Part shown: piece by piece, positions 1 through 7,225 of the stretch
Layout of the letters: each line of letters begins with the position of its first letter
Numbering within the stretch: position 1 is the first letter of the stretch
Origin: Diplonema japonicum
Lineage: Eukaryota; Protista; Euglenozoa: Diplonemea
Length of the DNA: 25,242 nucleotides
Direction of reading: 5' to 3'
Assembly (NCBI GenBank): GCA_964019335.1
Contig: OZ025767.1
Span: 1 to 25,242, forward strand
Made by a program: the position numbers and the translations under genes
The notes under the pieces: model-generated
What the model saw: the letters and a program-made list of their open reading frames with translations, nothing else
What the model was told of the DNA's origin: nothing
Database searches by the model: none

Positions 1-135
1 ATCTCACTGTTATACACTGTCTATACACCTCCATATTCTACTCAGCATATGGCTAGATATTAGGTGTACAGTATCCTGCAATGGCATCACATGAGTTCAT
101 ACAGTTAGCAGTCTGCTACTAGGATCCACAGAGGT
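1..135. repeat. Tail of the 459-bp tandem repeat array (wraps from the unit end)
   Basis: Matches 8458-8592 and the corresponding part of each 459-bp copy. Confidence 0.95.
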
Positions 136-2124
136 TCACAATCCTAGAATTTAGGGTTCAAAAGGGCCAGATTCTGGAATATCTAATCCTCCGGTAGGTA
201 CCGGGGGATGATTTATTAGTGAATTTAGCCCTAAATTATCCTGGGCTACGCTCGATTTAAATATCGGGCTGTTTCACCCTTTTAACAACTGAATTCTGTA
301 AGGCCCAAATTTAGGGTCTTTTCTGAGGGTCCCAATTTCGTGATCCTGTGGCCCAAAGTTGCCGGGACGAGTAAATACTCGAATTTCGTAATTGGAACAA
401 TTAAGGTGTCATCTCTAATTCCATAATAGGAGCCCTTTGGAGTGAATTATTATACCTTATTTATACCCTCTAACCTGATATTGGGACATCCCAAAATAGA
501 GGGATATTTGGACCCTTCTGAGACAGGGGTATTTAGGGAAATCCCTGGAATAATACATTCCTGAAGTTAAAAGGGAAATTCATTATTTCACTAAATTAGG
601 AAATTGCAACTTCTTACTTTATGGTAGTCTCCATTTCCGGAAGGCGAAATACCCCTATTTTGGCTCTTTTTAGGGCCTCGGAATCGTACGATTACTTTTT
701 GTTGGAGTCCGAGGATCGTCGTAATTCGTAAACGCAAAAGAGCCTTAAATAAGGCCTCAAATTGGGAAATCCTCTAATTTCCCCTTTGGCGGAAACTGCG
801 CCAAAAGCAAGCCCAAGTAATCGGGGCCTTTGTCCGTAGCTATGGCTGAAATGAGGATGAAATAGTGACTCAGATATTAAACTAAAGTTCGCCTTTTCTG
901 AGAGGTCAAAAGTGCCTCTTTTTGGGAAATAAGATTTACCCCAGATTACTCGAAGCTGGTGCAGGAAAAGTATTGGCACTACTCCGGAACAATAAATTCC
1001 TATGTTTTGCGGAGGATGAAAGATGATGAAATAGTTACCTCTGGATTTCAGCAGATTTGGGCTAGTTTAGCACCTAGTCCTGCGTACGGGGATTATTCCT
1101 AGCACTACTCTTAATATTCAGGGTTTGGCGAATTCTGAGAAATAAATCCATTTAGGGCTAAAACCCAGTCCTCGTGGGAACTTTTATCCCTTTTATCCCC
1201 TAAAATGGGGTGTATAATTAGGGTGTGAAATAAGGCCTATTTAGGTAGTGTCCCGTGAGCCAGGATTGAATTGGTACTTTTCCTTTTATTCCATAAATAA
1301 TGGAAAATAAATAAAGTGATTTATTTATTTCACTAAAATAGCTTAATGCCGATTCTACGTTGCACCCGCCGAAGGTAATATGAAGTAGATATTTTGAGAA
1401 CCGGAAATACGCCTTTTTTGGCGATTCGTCCGACTCTCACCGTGAGGTAGGACATCGTAAAAGTGCCCAAAAACACCCTTCTTCCCAGAGAATTGGGGTT
1501 TTGCACTTTTTGGGTGTTTAGAAATAGCTCCAAAAGGGACCATTTTCCATTTTGAGAAAAAAAAGGAAAACACGGCCCCACGACGAACTCCTTACCACCT
1601 CATGACCCCCCAAATACCCCCTAAACTTTTCACAAAATTTAGGCCCCTTTTTGGCCATTTTGGGTACTTTTTTACGGACGAATTCTTCAAATTACCTCGC
1701 CTCGTCCCAGAGAGGTTTTTGCTAATTTGCAAAAATCGTCCGCTACGTCCCAGAAACGGGGTTCAAAACCGTGATTTTAGAGGTTCCGTTTCTGAGAAGG
1801 TTTGATAGGGCTTCTCCGAGGAATTTGCAGAAATCACCCGATACAGTCCTGAAAGGCCTACACACGTAGCATTTTGGGGAATTCCTGAATATTCTCTGGG
1901 AGTTTACGGGGTAATTCTTCAAATTCACCCGCCTCAGTCCCCAGAGATTCTACGTCCCTGCAGCCCTCCGATTTCGGGTCACGTCTCTGGGAGTTTACGG
2001 GGTAATTCTTCAAATTCACCCGCCTCAGTCCCCAGAGATTCTACGTCCCTGCAGCCCTCCGATTTCTGGAAACCCTTGTGGGACACTACGTAAGAATTCT
2101 GCAAATTACCTCGCTATATCCCCC
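136..2124. other. AT-rich, homopolymer-rich non-coding region; candidate control/replication (constant) region (also 8593-10581, 17050-19038)
   Basis: Dense A/T/G/C runs, 8 TTTAGGG/CCCTAAA motifs, AT-rich inverted repeats, iterated AATTCTKCAAATT, and no credible ORF. Function is inferred. Confidence 0.55.
1893..2066. repeat. 83-bp direct duplication, 91-bp period
   Basis: TCTCTGGGAGTTTACGGGG...CCCTCCGATTTC occurs at 1893-1975 and 1984-2066. Each copy has an internal TCTCTGGG/CCCAGAGA inverted repeat. Confidence 0.95.
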
Positions 2125-2142
2125 ACGCGCGCGCGCGCGCGT
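2125..2142. repeat. A(CG)8T perfect 18-bp palindrome, Z-DNA-prone tract (also 10582-10599, 19039-19056)
   Basis: ACGCGCGCGCGCGCGCGT read directly. Confidence 0.95.
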
Positions 2143-4917
2143 AAGGACAAAAGAAGACCCCCGGTAGGGAAGCCCGCTGCAGGCGAGAGGCAGATGGCCC
2201 CGCTGGCCCTAGGCGTACGTGCAAGAAGTACGAAGGAATCAGACATGACTGGAGTTCGCGTAGTCTACGGAGCGGGCCCTCGCAGAGCATACCATAGTAT
2301 AGGTGTGCAGCGATGGCCGGACGAGCATGCGTAGCAGCGGAAGTTCGAGACATCGACTCCACCGACGTGGTGATGCACCAAGAAAGGGCAGTGTCCACTT
2401 GTATGGACGTAGTCATAGTACAATGGATAATGCCCGGCGTGCATTGCCGCTGCCCCGCTGGCAGGCGTTTGATTACCACAACCACTCTGAGGAGTCCACG
2501 GGTGGTAATCAAAGACACACAAGAAGGCCCACTGCAAGTGTAAAGAAGATTAAGACAGAGTCCGTAAGAGTGCAGGACGAGTGCGCGACACGCAGCATGT
2601 GTGAGCGGCACCGTTCCAAGCGGGCGTGACGGAGGCGCTGGCCCCTGCGGGAACCTAGCATCCACGGCAGTGATGCGACGTGTTTAGGCCCCTGCGGGAA
2701 TAGAATGAATGAGGCATGTGCATCCGGAGCTAGGTGCAAAGCGGAGGACCTGCCACAGCCGAGAGCCTGTGCCTTTGTGATGCGAGGGTCGTCCCGTGAG
2801 CATGCCACAAATGGCCAGTGATTACTTCCATAACTTATCAGTGAGTCAGACGCAATGCGAACGGTTTCTCACCTCTAGAGCGGGAGCTGCTCCAGCAGGA
2901 GCGAGGTGAGTAAGTAAGTTTCCCGAAATGCAAGCGTGCGATGTAGGTTAGATCTCGATAGCCCATTAGATGGCGCAACTAGGGGCAGAGATAGATCGCC
3001 GTATAGCAAGGAGCGCTGCAGGTCGAGGTGCGAACCTCAAGCATGTGAGGGAGGTAGCGTCACCCAGTTAGGCAATCGCCTTCTGGGTGTGTGCCGGACG
3101 AGGAGCGTAGGGGTCCAGTACCGTGATGAGGCAAACGCAGGTAGTTCTAGCGAAGCGCATAGCGACGCGTAGGAACGTATCCGTAGTAGTGTACGTAGTA
3201 CACTAACGCAGGACATAAGAACCTATGGTTCGTTGCCAGGGTGCATAGCGCCCGTACAGCGGTGCAGACGAATAGGGACGAGCCTCGACGGTATTCGGAA
3301 TAATATAAAAAGGAGGTGAAAAGCATCACCCGATGCACAGAGACGAATCAAGGATATCATCCGTATCATGTAAGACAGGTGTCTAGCCTGAATACATGAG
3401 GTGGGGATGTCTCCGTCCGTTAGGTGATAAGGGTACCGAGGATGAAAGCCCGACAATACGAAGTATTGGCGCACGCCATCAATGGTATCATGATCGGAAC
3501 GTTATCGTAGTGTGCCAAGACCTTCATCCGCTCAGAGGAGTCCATGGATGGAGGTTACAGGTACACGTGATTATGCACGTGGTACTGCCCGATAACGATT
3601 AGACTAGGTACATGAATGTACCTAACGAGCTGATCCCGCATAGCGTGGAGCACGAATGTAAGGTCTAGGCGTGGGTAGTAACTGTGGTTATGCGATAGAG
3701 GCCTCCCAGTTCTCAGAGAGGTTCGGCCGCAGGGTAGGTATGGCGACCGAGGTCCAGGAGTGGCGATGACGCCAGAGAACCGAGCTCGAAGATCGGGGGA
3801 CGTACTTTGACCTCAACACTGATCCATTCCGTACCTGGGATGGATGCGTAGTGATGCGTAGATCACGTGCAGCTGCTCTCTTGGAAGAGAAGCTGAACAT
3901 TAAGAGTGATCGAGATACCGCTGCAGTATGTGGTACCAGACTGAGAGGGAATAGCATGCCACTACAAGACATGAGGAGGTCAGGCCACCATTGATAGTCG
4001 TCGAGTCCCCACGAACCACGAGACGGCTCCTCCGCGCAATGGTGGTCGTAATGCAGAGTGAGCGTAGCGTGGCACATTAGAGCAGCGGAAGATGATCTCC
4101 GGCCATAGGAGAATCAGCTGACTCTTAGCGAGTGCCGATGGACTTGTGCTCGTTTCTGGGCGAGCAAGTGACAAGGACATATTTTGAAGGGTAAGCGGAG
4201 CGCCGCGTATTGCCCCCGTGCTGACGGTAGGCCATACCTCACCACAACGTGTGGGGAGCAGATACCTATAAGGTATATGGCAGTGCGCAGACACCCTGAA
4301 CATATATGTACTTGTCCGTCAAGGCCATTAGGAAAAGAGAGAAGGTCGGAGGGGACGTGCACCATCAGCCCTGCGTCGAGAAGAGCCCTCGAGGGCTGCC
4401 TATGCATCCACCTTAGTGGAGGAGCAGCACAGAGGTATCCTCGATGGATGGCAGCGTTAGACCTTTTGTCTTGTGAATACAGCCTATTGCGCAAGCATAG
4501 ATCATGGTACATGGAATAGGCATGCAGCGGATGGGTAGGCTGTATGAATGGGCTCTGAAGGGACTAAGGACCTGAGATCACCAGCCTCCAAACTGGTGAT
4601 AGCAGATTGGTCCAGCAACAGGACTAGAGGTCTTACTGTTGTGGTCCCGAGAAGAGAGTCGCCCCCGAAGCGACCGAGAGCCACCAGGATAGGTGCTGTA
4701 GAGACAAGCATTGGATCGAATGTCTGGCCCTGAACCTTACAGCATATCACTATCGGTGTATATGCGCTGAGGAGAATGGTCCAGGCAGAGAACGACGCAA
4801 GGAATAGGCACCGCATGACCAGCTCCCATTCTGATGCACACAGCCGTGAAGTAGATATGGGAGTGCAGTTCCTGCGATGAGAATCTAGCAGGCCATAATG
4901 GTGCCTCCGTGTACCAG

Positions 4918-5225
4918 CAATGATCAGCCTGAGATACTAGATACGAATGCAGGGCATCTCTGTAAGAGATATTGGTGCAAAGCGCAAGGCACATCAGCCA
5001 CCCATAGGCTGATGAATTACTAAGCGGAACACCAGCTTCTAAGTCCACGTACGCCATACAAGCATAGTGAGTAGGAGCGCTATCGTGTGAGCTTTCTATG
5101 TATAGAATAAGGAAGTGGGACCTTCCGGATATAGAGTGCCTCCGTGCACTCATGACCGATAGGGAATACTGTGGTTGCTGGCAGCATACTACTAACAGTA
5201 GTGTTGCTCCATAGACCAACAGTAG
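4918..5225 (-). rRNA. Candidate miniature mitochondrial SSU rRNA (pre-edited form); tentative, ends uncertain
   Basis: Minus-strand TGCCAGCAACCACAGTA (5183-5167) matches the universal 530 loop TGCCAGCAGCCGCGGTA at 14/17, and all 3 mismatches are A for G. Weaker colinear landmarks: GTTGGTCTATGG (5220-5209), CGCTTAGTAAT (5026-5016) plus an 8-bp hairpin, GCCTTG (4990-4985), a short hairpin at 4956-4970, TCGTATCTAG (4946-4937) and GATCATT (4925-4919). Confidence 0.4.
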
Positions 5226-6660
5226 GCTGATGAGCAGTGTGTGAATTGCAGCCCCTTTGCGGAGCTACCACGTTAGTAATACGTACGAGTTACGACGATG
5301 GGAGGAGCTACCAGTGGACTCCAATGCTGAGTCCCCACCGTGGGACCACGCGGATGTCCATTGTAGCGATCGGGTATTACGGGAGACTGGTCAGTAGCGG
5401 AGTTGGGATGCTGCAAAGACATACTAACGGATGGATGCCCTTGTTCCCGAGAGAGGGAAAAGAATCCTGTATTGGTAAACGTATCTATGCACTACGGTAC
5501 ATGATTAAGGCTCCAATGGGGGCTGCCCGAATTGCCCCGCATGAAGTAGCCCTACAACGCACCGACGCGGAGTCCGGAGTAAGTAAAGGATTATCAGTGA
5601 CCGTGTGCCCCAAATCCGTAGGCTTTAGCGTAGCGGATGTCATGAACGTGCTTGGCGTAGATAGGACGGAGACACGATGTGATGGCTACTGCTCCAGGCT
5701 TGCAACCCTATTCTGGGTCCAGAGCCGTGTGACAGTAATATTACAATGAGTGCTTGAGTATGCTCCGTATCTTCGGAGCTGAGGTAATATCCTCGTTAAG
5801 AGGCTGGGAGTGCTGCTCCGAGGGACCAGACTTAGAGTTATTACCGAAGGCTACCATCGCGCCTCCGGGCAGCGGGGCCAACGACGAACCGAAGGCAGGC
5901 CCCCACACTTCCATGAGAGGAGGGCAGGAAAGTGCATGTGTCGTGCACGGCTGCTTCATGACAGGTTCTGCAAGTGGCGTCTGTGTGGAGGCACAGCAGG
6001 TCGAGTAACGGGTGATCGAGACGCTGGGCATACAGGATAAGAGGTAAAGGCTTGCCATCGCCTCCAGGTTAATCAAGTAGGTCTTGGCCTCCGTGCCAAC
6101 TACGCAGCATACCTGCGGCAAGGATTCCAGAGTCCCCATTTATGGAGGACCGATAAAGGATGGATGCATATCCTCAGATGTGCATTCAGAGCATCATCCG
6201 GATATAACAGCTAAGCTGATACAGCAGCTGTATAGCAGTAACGGTGTCTTAGTTACTGGCATCGGAGGATAGCGACTTGAGGGTACTCTTCAATGTACTG
6301 GAGTAATAGATCCGAACAGGGTGAATGGAGCGGGCATAAAGTGCGAAGTACGCCTGCCCTAGTCGCAGTAATTGGAGCAGAAGGAGTATATCCTCAGGCG
6401 ACGCAACGCGCCACGGCAAGGAAGGAGGTGACCAGAGGATGTAGGACTGGATGAGACAACCTCAGGCCTGTCGCATCCTTGTGTAAGATATCGCAAGGAT
6501 GCATCATGTCTGAGGGCATGCAGATAGCAGCAGACTACCAAGAGTGTGATTACCGCAGATGGCTCGACGGGACGAGAGAGATCATTCAAGGAGCTAATCT
6601 TACACTCGTCGAATGCTGAGCTGCGGTTCATACTGCAACGATGAGGCATGGAAGCACGAT

Positions 6661-6825
6661 TGCTGGCCGCTTCTTGGCCAGCAGGTGCGTCCCTAAGCTT
6701 GCACTCTGCAAGTCTACTCCAGGGCCTAGGCGCGGCTTCATCGGAGAAGCCGGAAAGAGCGCGCTCCTTGCCACCTCTAGCAAGGCGCGCTCAGCGAAGG
6801 ATCGCAATTCAGATGCGGCCTTCGC
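6661..6825 (+). other. Cluster of five GC-rich hairpins immediately 5' of the cox1 module (also 15118-15282, 23575-23739)
   Basis: Stems at 6661-6683, 6698-6712, 6733-6752, 6757-6792 and 6794-6825 read directly. Confidence 0.8.
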
Positions 6826-7087
6826 AACCTGACTACTGATAGACGCTTACCTTCTCATCATAGGAAGCTCCTGGATAGATGAAGGTGCGGGAACAGCCTG
6901 AACAGTCTATCCACCATTGAGTATGAGCATGAGTCACGGCGGTATCGCAGTAGACGTCTTCATCATCTCACTGCACGCAGCAGGAGTGTCATCCTTGAGT
7001 GGTGCCATCAACCTCATGGTTACGGGATGCTACGCACGCAGGACTATGAGCAGTATCCTACAGGTATCATTATATCCATGATCGGTA
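6824..7087 (+). CDS. cox1: Cytochrome c oxidase subunit I internal fragment (gene module, probably diplonemid cox1 module 3); TGA=Trp; boundaries approximate
   Basis: Manual translation: [88 protein letters not shown]. It matches the COX1 motifs FWLL, GAGTGWTVYPPLS, VD..IFSLHLAGVSSILGAINF and LFVWSV. TGA at 6830, 6899 and 7079 all fall on conserved Trp positions. Similarity stops on both sides (no PRxNN upstream, no PVLAG downstream; TAA at 7139). Confidence 0.95.
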
Positions 7088-7225
7088 GGTACATGGTTAC
7101 TAGAGTATACCGCCACCATAGTTGTAAGGCTATGCTGATAAGGATATCAGCATGTATCCCAATACAACATGCTCTCTCTGAGGGCATCTCGTTGAGTATT
7201 TATGCCTTTAATAATCTGATACCCT

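Noticed and set aside
1084-1216. Kinetoplast minicircle CSB-2 (CCCCGTAC, minus strand 1084-1091) and a UMS-like GGGGTGTA (1207-1214)
   Set aside because: They are on opposite strands, the UMS 12-mer GGGGTTGGTGTA is incomplete, and no CSB-1 was seen.
1893-2066. CRISPR array or transposon termini
   Set aside because: Only two long identical copies, with no spacer series and no cas or transposase genes.
2146-2237. LSU rRNA domain V/VI-like words (GAAGACCCC, GCTGG...TAG..CGT.CGTG, AGTACGAAGGA)
   Set aside because: They are compressed into ~90 nt with no room for the P-loop, A-loop or GGAUAAC elements; likely chance in purine-rich sequence.
3420-3474. cox3-like words YFVLSGFH and PYHL on the minus strand
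   Set aside because: They are in the wrong order and context, and GFHGxHV is incomplete.
6500-6570. cob-like LLVVCCYLHALR on the minus strand
   Set aside because: The first heme-ligand His expected 14 residues upstream is absent, and similarity does not extend.
7085-7090. GTAGGT as a spliceosomal donor, making the cox1 piece a nuclear exon
   Set aside because: Three in-frame TGA=Trp codons imply organellar translation, and no partner exon was found in the unit.
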